Source: Gemmatimonadaceae bacterium
Lineage (GTDB): Bacteria > Gemmatimonadota > Gemmatimonadetes > Gemmatimonadales > Gemmatimonadaceae
DNA length: 64,000 nucleotides
Reading direction: 5' to 3'
Assembly (NCBI GenBank): GCA_051859245.1
Contig: JBHYGA010000005.1
Location: 256,001-320,000, forward strand
In this document: piece after piece, positions 19,501-27,815 of the stretch
Layout of the letters: each line of letters starts with the position of its first letter
Position numbering within the stretch: the first letter of the stretch is position 1
The notes under the pieces: model-generated
The model's input: the letters and a program-made list of their open reading frames with translations, nothing else
Database searches by the model: none
What the model was told of the DNA's origin: nothing
Position numbers and translations under genes: made by a program

Positions 19501-19660
19501 CGACTTCAATTATTAACGCTGACTGCTCACTTCGATTGCACGCGCAGAGTGCGAAGCCGAGGGCGAGCAGCGCGCCGCGCCATGATTTCGCCGTGACTCG
19601 CAACGTTCGGATTGATTCGGGCATGAACGTCTGCAGTACAGGCAAAAGGGTGGGCAACAT
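16586..19660 (-). CDS. TPR-CHAT domain caspase-clan protease, probable lipoprotein
   Basis: CHAT motifs LPGAQSEV, IVHFAGHA (His 17015-17017), VVLAACDT (Cys 16883-16885), ALREAQL, WAAFQLLG; N-terminal ALLALGFALCAC lipobox-like; alternative start 19624. Confidence 0.9.
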   Translation of the reverse strand: MLPTLLPVLQTFMPESIRTLRVTAKSWRGALLALGFALCACNRSEQSALIIEVAPFAKNWRFAAALSALPGHTCDTIYLAAPQPSCTSSTRVAAPSDLQELAAIESSLAARHTSSPTPESAHQLALVQLVAAADSVGVDRAIALLTEAVLAAPARAQFSNDLAATLLLRYSVNRRLPDLLQAAELASTFVNRDNPDRLSCWNAIVSLAWLSLRQQIARTRDHCERSCARLQCKLPVIIDNSPPLGTDERAIALSGQWPDAAWDYATTQLLPEWAQRFASGDSLRETTLRRDLLHIHQNLQSQLADSSIGHAISSISQARAGSERQRSLVRAADLYAQARRKTRVHGALTADAMFDSVATLTRASDELRLWAAMYRTNNLLTSGRSREALRAYRALGAGQRSPTTVLGGRLAFNEGLALMALGEQVSGLQRVELQAERCGAIGRNECALSAYAMAASIATLVGDDERSEQNTQRALERSVVPLGASRWSLLSVLRQTAEIYGHHTLSDLLHQEAVHVAQQLARPDLVAQELVLRAHSRSRQRDSAGLRRVIGSLDSVVHAQLAESDQRFYRAERSWIKGEYQLLTRQRGARALLDSSIALMASDTNSARQLRPRLSLARAIAQEGDTVTALRVLDSLLRSLEARSGENTSLSERVRLSESAVSAGEAAAELLRKRGDAEALLYALSARPFMAARLPTWDSDTTRLDLAARRLGDTVFVWSRNGGGWSVHRSYLPARTVHSAIRTLETSQLSTLFTALVAPALATSSRAVRAIRIDARGDLSDVSWAALFDASADRFLIERAAIWLTNDIGQRLTNETRLNRARVLVIDAAPRSGSRALPGAQSEVQRLSAVWDNQSEALDAAQGATQTLARMPAYEIVHFAGHAVLHPERPERSYLELPANGDTRITGVQVAAASFPRTALVVLAACDTRGGVRAGASNNTSRFGGGMLSLASAFREAGAKHVIGASWAIDDQATAAIMEQLHVALRGGATPAHALREAQLAGLRSQDPTRRSPRVWAAFQLLGS

Positions 19661-19763
19661 CGCCGCCCAATTGTCTGCTCTTTGAAGACATTGTCAAGCA
19701 GCCGTCTCGGGGTGAAGGTCTCGTAGCGGCGAGTTAGCGAGCTCTGCTATTGGCAAGCGTGTC

Positions 19764-19792
19764 GAGAAAACTGCGTGCCGTGTCCGTCTAAA
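19764..19792 (+). promoter_or_regulatory. Candidate ECF promoter, motif A (GAGAAAA-N10-TGTCCGTCTAAA)
   Basis: Same boxes and spacing as 13984-14012; upstream of the PEP-CTERM gene. Confidence 0.6.
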
Positions 19793-19899
19793 CCGAAAGC
19801 GGCAGCTCCCATGACGACATGAGATTTCGTGCCATCGTCAAGAGCTGATCTCCACGCAGACGCCCACAAGCCCACACGCCCAAACGCGAGAGGTCCAAC

Positions 19900-20973
19900 A
19901 TGAAAACCATCACTGTGCGCAGCGGACAAGCAACATCGCCCAATCGTGAGTCGATGGGAGCCACGGACTTCCTCAGGCACACGCTGCTCGTCGCGCTTTC
20001 TTTGATTGCAATTGGACCGCTCGACGCGCAGTCTGTGTTCACGCGGTCCCGCGTGGACGCTGATGTAATCCCGAGCTACTATTTCGCAGCGCAGCCGAGC
20101 ACTGCGGGCTGTCAACAGATCGGTTCAGGCGCAGGCTCGGCCAGCTCGGGCGTATCATGCATCCCAGGTTCGGGCGTGAGCGGTGAGGCCTCTGCAAGCC
20201 TCCAGAATGGCGTGTTGCGGTCGCGCGCTCGTCTCAGCGCGAGCAACGGTAGTTTTGCACCGGCCGGATCGAGTGGCGCGGACTTCATGGCAGTGTCTCG
20301 CGTTGACTACTCCGATCGCATCACGTTTTCGGTGCCAATCGGCGTGACGCTCACATCGTACCGGTTTCTGATTGATTGGGGCGGCCAGATGGTGGAGCCA
20401 ACGGCCAGCGTCGCCGGGCTTTCAACATTCTCGCTCGGCGCACTCTACTTCATTGGCAGCGGTGGACCATTCTCGCCGTTCGGCTGGGTCGGCATCACGC
20501 GTTCGTTCTCCGGACTGCCGTCTGACAATCTGGTCGTGCAGGAGTTTGAAGGCTCCTTCGACGGAACGGCCACGCGCGCGCCCGATGCGTTCGGCAGTAC
20601 GGTTACGACGATCAACGGTGTCTCGGCGTTTGACGGACTGCTGACATCAAACACATTGGACTTTACCTTCGCGCACACCAGTGAAGTTCAATGGCGCAAC
20701 CTGTCCTCGAACGTCGTGTCAGGCGTTTCACAGGAGCTCTATTCCGACTTCTCAAACTCAGCGCGCATTGCCGGGCTCCGATTGTTCGATGGCGACCGTG
20801 ATGTCACTGACCGCGTGGGTGTGAGCTTTGCGTCCGGCTTTCAGCTACCGGTTGAGGTGCCTGAACCGTCGAGCGCGCTCCTGACGATTGTTGGCGTGCT
20901 GGGATTGCTCGCGCATCGAATTCGGTGTGCGGGGCGTCGTGCACACCGACAGCGATTGGTCGCCAGCAGATAA
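19900..20973 (+). CDS. PEP-CTERM sorting domain surface protein
   Basis: Signal peptide, C-terminal VPEPSSALLTIVGVLGLL plus basic tail. Confidence 0.88.
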   Translation: MKTITVRSGQATSPNRESMGATDFLRHTLLVALSLIAIGPLDAQSVFTRSRVDADVIPSYYFAAQPSTAGCQQIGSGAGSASSGVSCIPGSGVSGEASASLQNGVLRSRARLSASNGSFAPAGSSGADFMAVSRVDYSDRITFSVPIGVTLTSYRFLIDWGGQMVEPTASVAGLSTFSLGALYFIGSGGPFSPFGWVGITRSFSGLPSDNLVVQEFEGSFDGTATRAPDAFGSTVTTINGVSAFDGLLTSNTLDFTFAHTSEVQWRNLSSNVVSGVSQELYSDFSNSARIAGLRLFDGDRDVTDRVGVSFASGFQLPVEVPEPSSALLTIVGVLGLLAHRIRCAGRRAHRQRLVASR

Positions 20974-21026
20974 GCATGTAGGCGCAAGCAACGACATCCT
21001 CGACGATTTAGCATTATGCGCCCCGT

Positions 21027-24000
21027 TTACTCCGGTGACGATACTTCTGCGAGAGTTCGTTCGACGTCCCACCGCATCAGCCGGCCCGCACGGTCCACGC
21101 CGTACAATGACTTACCATCCGGCGAAAACTCGACGCCTTGGATTTCAGAGCTCGAGGCGACTAGACGGGCCAGCCGCCGGCCGCTCTTGAGCTCGAAGAC
21201 GCGAACAAATGCTCGCTCGTTCGATGTCCCAAACGTCGCGGCAAGTCGGCCATCTGGAGAGACGGCGACTCGTGCGGAAGCATACTCCTGTAGTCTTTCG
21301 GGCGGCACGCTGTCAGCGCCGCTCCAGCTGGCGATCTGGAGCTCTCTGGTCTCTCTCGTAGAGAGGAGCATGCCGCAGCACTCTGGCAGCGGCGTCAGCG
21401 CCCTCACCTCGATTGGTGAACGTGAGCGCGCGACAACACTGCCGGTCGCAGTCTCGAGCCGCAGCAAGGTAGCATCTTCGGCTGCAACAACGAGAAACCG
21501 TTCGTCAGCGGTGAACGACAGCGCCGTGACAGTTGCTCCGCTCTCACGCAGCCGCAACTTCTCTACGCCTGTGTTGGCGTCAAGCAGTCTCACAACGCCA
21601 TCTCGATCACCGACCGCCACCAGCGCTCCCCCTGCCGAAACTGCCACGGATGTGAAGACGTCGGAAGGATCTTGCCACTCCCATATCGTTTCATTCGTTC
21701 GCAAGTCTTCAACCCTGAGGTGTGGAAAGAAGCCGTTGATAACGGCGACACGGTCGGTCTCGGGGATGCCGACCGCCATTTGGATCGACGAACTCTGCTC
21801 CGACTTACGCCGACCGATGATCTTGCCACTTGGGATCTCAACAAACAGTAACTCGCCTGAATGGGCTCCCAGCACGAGTGCGTTGCGGCGCCCTGAAAGA
21901 CCTACTGCCCGTATCCAAGCCGACAGACCGAAGTTTGCCGTTTCAACGGCATCGTAGTCGCGCTCGCGAAAAACAACTTCGCGAGCTGCCGTGCCTGCAA
22001 CGCTTTCATCGGCACCAGCCAGCCGCGCCATCTCGGTATTTCCTACTGATTCATCGAACGCCTCAAAACGTGGCGACACCGAGAAATCGAAAAACGCGGG
22101 CCGCTGAAACCTCTCCTGTTTTCCCTTGCGAGCCCCGGAAAAGCCAAAGCCGCGATTGGCAGGTTTGAACTCGCCAGTTACCACCTCGCGGTGTAGCGCT
22201 GGCACCCGCGCGGCTCCGAAGGCCAGCCACTCCGATAGCTGAATTGATCCGTCGGTCGGCTTAAAGTCAGCCAAGCCCTGACGTAATCCTTCCTCCAGTA
22301 GGACATAGCTGAGGAGCCCTTGCCGCAGTTTTCCGCTCTCCAGAGCCACGTCTGCCGCCTGACTGGCGGTAAGCACGAGCATCTGCTTGTCGTAAGCAAG
22401 CTGACCGAGTGCCGGGCTGGCGAAAGGTCCTGGCCGAAAATCCGAACCCTCCACGCTTGCAGCGGAGTGACACGCGTCGAGGATCAGCGTGATTTCGGAA
22501 TCCACGGGTCGTAACCACTGCGCCAGCTCAGTACTCGAAATCGCCCTCGAAAGAAGCGACTCGTCAAACACTGAGCCTCCGTTTCGAGCTGGTCCGACGT
22601 CTTCCGGAAGAAAGTAGAAGATCCCATTTGGGGCGGTGTAGCCATGTGTTGAGATACTGATCACAACCAGATCTCTCGGTCCGACTTTTTGCAGCTTATC
22701 CGCCGATGGGATTTGCGCGCGTAGCGCCGGTTCGATTTCGGCTCCCGCAAGCAACGCCAGGATTCCTCGGAGTACTGCTTTCGTCGCGAGTGTTCGATCT
22801 GCAGCACCACGCTCGGCAATGAGCGGTACGGCGACCACGGCGTCAAAGTCGTTCGTTGCCGTGATTGTGCTCCAGAGCGTCTGCTGAAACAGGCGTGCAT
22901 CGCGCGCGGCATAGGAAAGATTCCAGTATGGATCGCTGTAGTCATTAACGCCCATCGAAATGACGTACGCTCTGCGATTCTCTGGGGCGTTCCAGCTGTC
23001 GGATCCCGGGCGTGCTGGCACAGACAAGGTTCGGGACGCGACCACGCCGCGAACGCCATCGTCGCTGAAGGCCGCTGCCGTAAAGGTCACCTCGCGTTGA
23101 GCGTTTCCCGATGGTAGCAGAATGTTCGGCCACGTCACCCTGGTACTTCCGTCCTTGTCCAGATCCAGTCGCTCCGCTTGCGAGGCGACAAGTCGTCCGT
23201 TTCGGAATAACTGAAGATCACGAGCACCGCTCGCCATCGCGCCGCGCCGTTCCTCACGAACTTCGACGGAGACGGAGACCGACTGGAAATCCGGAGCAAC
23301 CTTAAAGGCTGCAATTTTGGACGATGGGCGGAGAATCGCTTGGTTGGGGCGAGGACTCAACTGGGGCATTGAATCGCCAGCGGCGACGATGGCAACGAGC
23401 CGAGGTTGAAAGCGATCGCGCATAACGCTCTCGAGCGGAATTGGCTCTGCCCGATTCTCACCTTCAACCAAGCCGAGCCCGTCGAGGGCACGCAGATCGC
23501 CTGCATCGAACCTTCCCTCAGGCGTCACGACTACCCAGCGATTTCGTTCGTCTGCCACAAACGTCAGAGTGGCGAGGGTTCGCAGATCTACGAGGTCCAT
23601 CAAATCAATAGTGCCGCTGTTGCTGCCCGCGGCGACAAGCCGCCCTTCCGAAACGATCGCGAGCGCTCGAAGGTCCTTCACAAAAGTGCGGTGGCTGACA
23701 CGCTGGCCGGTTTCGTACTCGAACCGAGAGACGTGCGACACGTCTTCGAAACCGTTTGTCGCCACTATTACGCTGCGATCGTCCGCCGACGGCACGATTG
23801 CCGTAACTCCACCCTCCACCGACCATCGGCGAATCTCTTTCCCGCTGTCCAACTCGCGGAGTGAGAGCCAACCGTACCCGCCTGTCAGTAGTCGGTCTCC
23901 GCGCTTGGTGGGCGCTATTACCGCGCGACTGGAGGACGCGTCAAGATCTGCGGGCCGAGTCGCGAAACGGCTCACCATACGTCCGCTTCGATCCCACACC

Positions 24001-24962
24001 TCGATTGAATCCGACGTCTGGATGACAACTCGGTCAGGCGTAAGGGCAACCGACAATATCTTGTTCGTCGTCTCGAACCGCACGCGATCGGAACCGTCGC
24101 TGTACAGCACCGCAACTGCCGTATCGACGACGAGCACTTTCTCTTCTCTCGATGCGACCGCGACACGGCGACCCGAATTCCACAACTTGGTAGCGAGAGC
24201 GTCAAGCGTATCCTGTGCCTGCCACGAGTCAACGCTTCTCACCACCGTTCGTTGCGCGCTGAGCGGCCCCTGCGTCATGTCGTCCGTTACTGCGAACTCG
24301 CCATCCGGCAGCAGCACCGCTTCCGTAGCCCTGTTACCACCCCACCGTACGTCGGCGGTGCTGAGATCCCAGAGTACGGTATTCCCGGAAGCCAGAACGG
24401 CAATTAGTCGACGTCCCAGAGTGTCTGAGGACAGAGTACGAACGCCACTGTCCCATTTTGGATCACCCGATGTGACGACTAGCTGTGCGTCAGTTATGGC
24501 GTCCAGTGCGTACGCACCACCCTTCTTGGGGATTAAACTGCTCGGGTGAATTGCGGTGATTCTGGTGAGTCGAACAGGACCATTCTGCGTCTTCGCGGAG
24601 ACGGAGTACTCTCCGGTGTTTCTCGCATGCGACGCGGTCACTACCACCACCCAGGTGCCTCCCTCTGTCGCAGTTGTGGTGATCCTTGAGTGTTTTTCCG
24701 ATCCTTCGTGGTCGTCGTTCTCAATGGATTCCCTCAAGGGCGACGCGAGTACTAAATGTGGGTCAAAGGCCGTTGAGCGAAGATCGACTACAAGTTGATC
24801 CCCGATGTTGACCTCGAGCTGATACAGGTGAAAGGGCTCACCACTTGAGTATCGCCGATCGGAAGACAGGAGTAGGCCCGATGCCGTTGACTGCGCGGAA
24901 GTCTTGCCTGGTGGCAAGGTGACAAGACACAGCAACAGCAAGAGAAGCGAATGCCGATTCAT
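21027..24962 (-). CDS. Secreted peptidase C14 (caspase family) with PPC-like domain and WD40 propellers
   Basis: Signal peptide; PPC-like (DLRSTAFDPHLVL..ENDD); WD40 repeats on both sides; ISMGVNDY, LSYAARDA, ISTHG (His 22644-22646), LDACHS (Cys 22470-22472). Confidence 0.9.
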   Translation of the reverse strand: MNRHSLLLLLLCLVTLPPGKTSAQSTASGLLLSSDRRYSSGEPFHLYQLEVNIGDQLVVDLRSTAFDPHLVLASPLRESIENDDHEGSEKHSRITTTATEGGTWVVVVTASHARNTGEYSVSAKTQNGPVRLTRITAIHPSSLIPKKGGAYALDAITDAQLVVTSGDPKWDSGVRTLSSDTLGRRLIAVLASGNTVLWDLSTADVRWGGNRATEAVLLPDGEFAVTDDMTQGPLSAQRTVVRSVDSWQAQDTLDALATKLWNSGRRVAVASREEKVLVVDTAVAVLYSDGSDRVRFETTNKILSVALTPDRVVIQTSDSIEVWDRSGRMVSRFATRPADLDASSSRAVIAPTKRGDRLLTGGYGWLSLRELDSGKEIRRWSVEGGVTAIVPSADDRSVIVATNGFEDVSHVSRFEYETGQRVSHRTFVKDLRALAIVSEGRLVAAGSNSGTIDLMDLVDLRTLATLTFVADERNRWVVVTPEGRFDAGDLRALDGLGLVEGENRAEPIPLESVMRDRFQPRLVAIVAAGDSMPQLSPRPNQAILRPSSKIAAFKVAPDFQSVSVSVEVREERRGAMASGARDLQLFRNGRLVASQAERLDLDKDGSTRVTWPNILLPSGNAQREVTFTAAAFSDDGVRGVVASRTLSVPARPGSDSWNAPENRRAYVISMGVNDYSDPYWNLSYAARDARLFQQTLWSTITATNDFDAVVAVPLIAERGAADRTLATKAVLRGILALLAGAEIEPALRAQIPSADKLQKVGPRDLVVISISTHGYTAPNGIFYFLPEDVGPARNGGSVFDESLLSRAISSTELAQWLRPVDSEITLILDACHSAASVEGSDFRPGPFASPALGQLAYDKQMLVLTASQAADVALESGKLRQGLLSYVLLEEGLRQGLADFKPTDGSIQLSEWLAFGAARVPALHREVVTGEFKPANRGFGFSGARKGKQERFQRPAFFDFSVSPRFEAFDESVGNTEMARLAGADESVAGTAAREVVFRERDYDAVETANFGLSAWIRAVGLSGRRNALVLGAHSGELLFVEIPSGKIIGRRKSEQSSSIQMAVGIPETDRVAVINGFFPHLRVEDLRTNETIWEWQDPSDVFTSVAVSAGGALVAVGDRDGVVRLLDANTGVEKLRLRESGATVTALSFTADERFLVVAAEDATLLRLETATGSVVARSRSPIEVRALTPLPECCGMLLSTRETRELQIASWSGADSVPPERLQEYASARVAVSPDGRLAATFGTSNERAFVRVFELKSGRRLARLVASSSEIQGVEFSPDGKSLYGVDRAGRLMRWDVERTLAEVSSPE

Positions 24963-25167
24963 CCCTGTAAATCCTTCGGTGATCAGTTATACGAGCGAGA
25001 AACCGATGCGCCGGTACCCCGGCGCGCACCATTCAACGGCACTACTGGTCGGGCTGCTGCGTGACTCGTTCAGTCTATGCTTCAGGCAGAAACGCATGCA
25101 TGGAAACCGACGACAAGGGAGGGGCTCTTTCGAAATTCCGTTTACGCCTTCCGTTCCCGCTTCTTCA

Positions 25168-25680
25168 CTAGGTGATCAACCGAATTCCCAGTTTTGTCGT
25201 TTCCCCTTCGCCTCCAGGTGACGCAGTGGTCTCGCCGAGCGTGGCACTCTGTTCGGCGAGCACCCGCAACGTCGTACGAACGCCAGCCGCCGCTGCGATC
25301 GCCGACGTGATGATATCATGCGGCGTCTCATCCCAGATGAGCGGCCAGCCTTCCAGTCGCTCGGCCCAGCTCGTGGACAACGCACACGCCAGGCGAACTT
25401 CTTCCTGAAGAATCGCCGACGCGAACGGCGAACCGCGGCCGGGCAGGGTCCGGCACGCGTGCGCGTTCTGCTCGACCCAATAAACGGCCTGTCGAATCTC
25501 GGACGCCTTCTCGCGAGCGAGACGGGTGTATCGAAGGTGCTCATCGGCCGCCGATAAGACGGACTGCACGGAGATCGCGTCCGTCAGCTGTGTCAGCAGG
25601 AAAAACATCGCGTCCTCCAGCGCCTGCGCCAGGATGAGACGAAGCTTCACGTCTTCTGTATGGGATTTGGTATCGGACAT
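25168..25680 (-). CDS. Hypothetical helical protein
   Basis: 170-aa ORF with protein-like composition and a motif-B promoter upstream. Confidence 0.55.
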   Translation of the reverse strand: MSDTKSHTEDVKLRLILAQALEDAMFFLLTQLTDAISVQSVLSAADEHLRYTRLAREKASEIRQAVYWVEQNAHACRTLPGRGSPFASAILQEEVRLACALSTSWAERLEGWPLIWDETPHDIITSAIAAAAGVRTTLRVLAEQSATLGETTASPGGEGETTKLGIRLIT

Positions 25681-25724
25681 GCAAATCACAGACGGGAGGT
25701 GAGGGCGCACGACATGCGTAACAC

Positions 25725-25749
25725 ATGACGCTCGTGGTTCGGATCGTCA
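25725..25749 (-). promoter_or_regulatory. Candidate ECF promoter, motif B (TGAC-N15-CGTCAT)
   Basis: One of 7 copies in 25.7-40 kb. Confidence 0.6.
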
Positions 25750-25812
25750 CCCCAGGCCGATGCAGGCGGCGGTGGGCGTAGCAGCCGGAACGATGAGGCG
25801 ATTGAGCGCCGT

Positions 25813-25837
25813 TGACGAATCAGCGGTTTACCGGCAT
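25813..25837 (+). promoter_or_regulatory. Candidate ECF promoter, motif B (TGAC-N15-CGGCAT)
   Basis: Upstream of the M48 gene; closely matches the copy at 37520. Confidence 0.65.
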
Positions 25838-25926
25838 TTGTCCATCAGATACGCTCCACCCCAATTGGCGAGCGTGCTGCAGGGCCACACGTTGCTCTCC
25901 TTCCCTCATACTTGCGTCCGTATTCC

Positions 25927-27807
25927 ATGATCTCTCCACGATGTGCAGCGCTGGTGGTCGCGTTTCTGCTCGGCAGCACACCTGCCACGGGAGAGGCGCA
26001 AGCAAACTTCAATCCGAGTTCGCCCGAAGAGCTGCGAGCCCTCGGTCGCTCCATACTTGCAGAAGAGGTCAGCAGCTCCGGTCGTGACCTCAATCCCGTG
26101 TGGCGGAAAGACGTGTCGATGATCATCGACAGTGTGCATAAAGCGGCGGCGTACCGGGCACATCCGGTGCGATGGGAAATCATCGGCGACTCGTCAATCA
26201 ACGCGAGCGCACTCCCGGGTGGCGTGATGATCATCAATGTGGGCCTCCCGGTGTTTTGCACCGATGTCGGAGAGCACAAGTTCCCAAGGGATGCCGCGAA
26301 GGCGCGTCGCGAATACATTGGCTGCCTCGCGGCAGTCATCGGGCACGAGTTCGGTCATCTGGCGCTTGGCCATAGCGACTCCGTCGCAGCAACCACGAAG
26401 CGTCGCCGCGAGATCGCCAGACGCAGTGATGCCGCACGTGGAATCGTTGGCGCGGTACGCGACACCGCACTGATGGGCGGACTACGTCTGGAGCGCGCGC
26501 GCGAGTTGGAAGCAGACGAAGCCGGCGCGCTCTACTTGCTCCGTTCCGGCTGGGAAGTACAGGACGCAATCAACTTGCACATGTCTCTGGACTCAGTGAG
26601 TCGCGAGGAAGGGGACTCGCAGGGGCAGCTGACATGGCTTGAGGGACATCCGCGATCGTCTGAGCGGGCGGCATTGCTCGAGGGGCGGCGCGCTCGGATC
26701 AAGCTGTTGCAGCGCGATCTTGATGATGCGCTCTCGTTGATTCGTCACGACGTGCTGCCCGATAGCGCGTTGGCCATGCTCAATCGCGTCCTCACCGATC
26801 TGCCGTACCTTGCCGCGGCGAAACATGCGCGCGCGGTATTGCTGGCGCGGCGCTGGCTGGCCACGGCGAGTGTGAGTGATCTCAAAGTGCGTCCGACCAT
26901 GTCGGTATACGACGCGCAGTTCATGGCCTCGATCCGTGGCGGCGACGCGAACGCGCTGCGGTTGGCGCGCGAGGCGTTTCGTTCTGCGCTGACGTCGAAT
27001 GAACATCCGTATACGTTGGCCAACCTCGCTGTGCTTGACGCGTACGCCGGTGACTCAGCCCTGGCGCGTCGGCGCGCCGAAACCGCAGCCGCGCGTATGC
27101 CGAACGATGCGGAGGTGCAGAATAATCTGGGCGTGGTGCATTTCGTGGCAGGCCGCATACGCCAGGCACGCGCGGCATTTGATCGGGCCGAAACACTGCT
27201 CGACGAAGACCTGACGCCGGCCGTCGCATTCAATGTCGCGCGTGCAGCGCTCGCGGCTGGTGACCGCGCCACCGCCATTCCGCTGCTCGAGCAATACGCC
27301 GCCTATGACGAGTCGACGGCATGGGGCAAGCACGCCGCGCAGCTTGCCAGAGACGCTGCGGGAACTCGCACGCCAAAGACGACTGAGCAAGTGCCGACAG
27401 CGTCCAGCGGATCGACACCAAACCTTCCATTGGCCCGCGCTCCGCTGGTAGCAGGCATCGCGCTCGGAACGCCAGCCGCGCAGTTGTATCGAGCACTCGG
27501 CGCTCCTGGCGAACGGGACACCCTCGAGTACGGCGTGATGTGGCAGTACCCGAAGCAGGGCGTGTACTACATCGTTGGCGAAGAGGGCGGGGTGCTTGTC
27601 GCGTGCCTGTACACCGCAGCGGCGGGCAGCATTGCCGGAGTGCGCGTCGGCGACGGGTTAGCGGCCGCGCTTCGGATTCTCGGACCGATTACGGAACGTG
27701 AGCGCGATGGCAATGAACAAACGTTGTCATTTGATCGCGGTGAGTGGCAGATCGTTGTACATGCGGTGGACGGTGTCGTCGATCAGATTGGGTTGCGAAC
27801 ATCGTGA
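25927..27807 (+). CDS. Secreted M48 metallopeptidase with TPR repeats
   Basis: Signal peptide, INASALPGG, HEFGH (26344-26358), ELEADEAG, HPRSSER; TPR (EVQNNLGVVHF). Confidence 0.9.
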   Translation: MISPRCAALVVAFLLGSTPATGEAQANFNPSSPEELRALGRSILAEEVSSSGRDLNPVWRKDVSMIIDSVHKAAAYRAHPVRWEIIGDSSINASALPGGVMIINVGLPVFCTDVGEHKFPRDAAKARREYIGCLAAVIGHEFGHLALGHSDSVAATTKRRREIARRSDAARGIVGAVRDTALMGGLRLERARELEADEAGALYLLRSGWEVQDAINLHMSLDSVSREEGDSQGQLTWLEGHPRSSERAALLEGRRARIKLLQRDLDDALSLIRHDVLPDSALAMLNRVLTDLPYLAAAKHARAVLLARRWLATASVSDLKVRPTMSVYDAQFMASIRGGDANALRLAREAFRSALTSNEHPYTLANLAVLDAYAGDSALARRRAETAAARMPNDAEVQNNLGVVHFVAGRIRQARAAFDRAETLLDEDLTPAVAFNVARAALAAGDRATAIPLLEQYAAYDESTAWGKHAAQLARDAAGTRTPKTTEQVPTASSGSTPNLPLARAPLVAGIALGTPAAQLYRALGAPGERDTLEYGVMWQYPKQGVYYIVGEEGGVLVACLYTAAAGSIAGVRVGDGLAAALRILGPITERERDGNEQTLSFDRGEWQIVVHAVDGVVDQIGLRTS

Positions 27808-27815
27808 CGCGTTGA

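Noticed and set aside
21016..24549. 313-aa and 326-aa plus-strand ORFs
   Set aside because: Ser/Thr/Arg-rich antisense frames of the WD40-caspase, typical of GC-rich DNA
24963..25167. Motif-B promoter directly upstream of the WD40-caspase
   Set aside because: Searched by eye; no TGAC-N15-CGnCAT match in the right orientation
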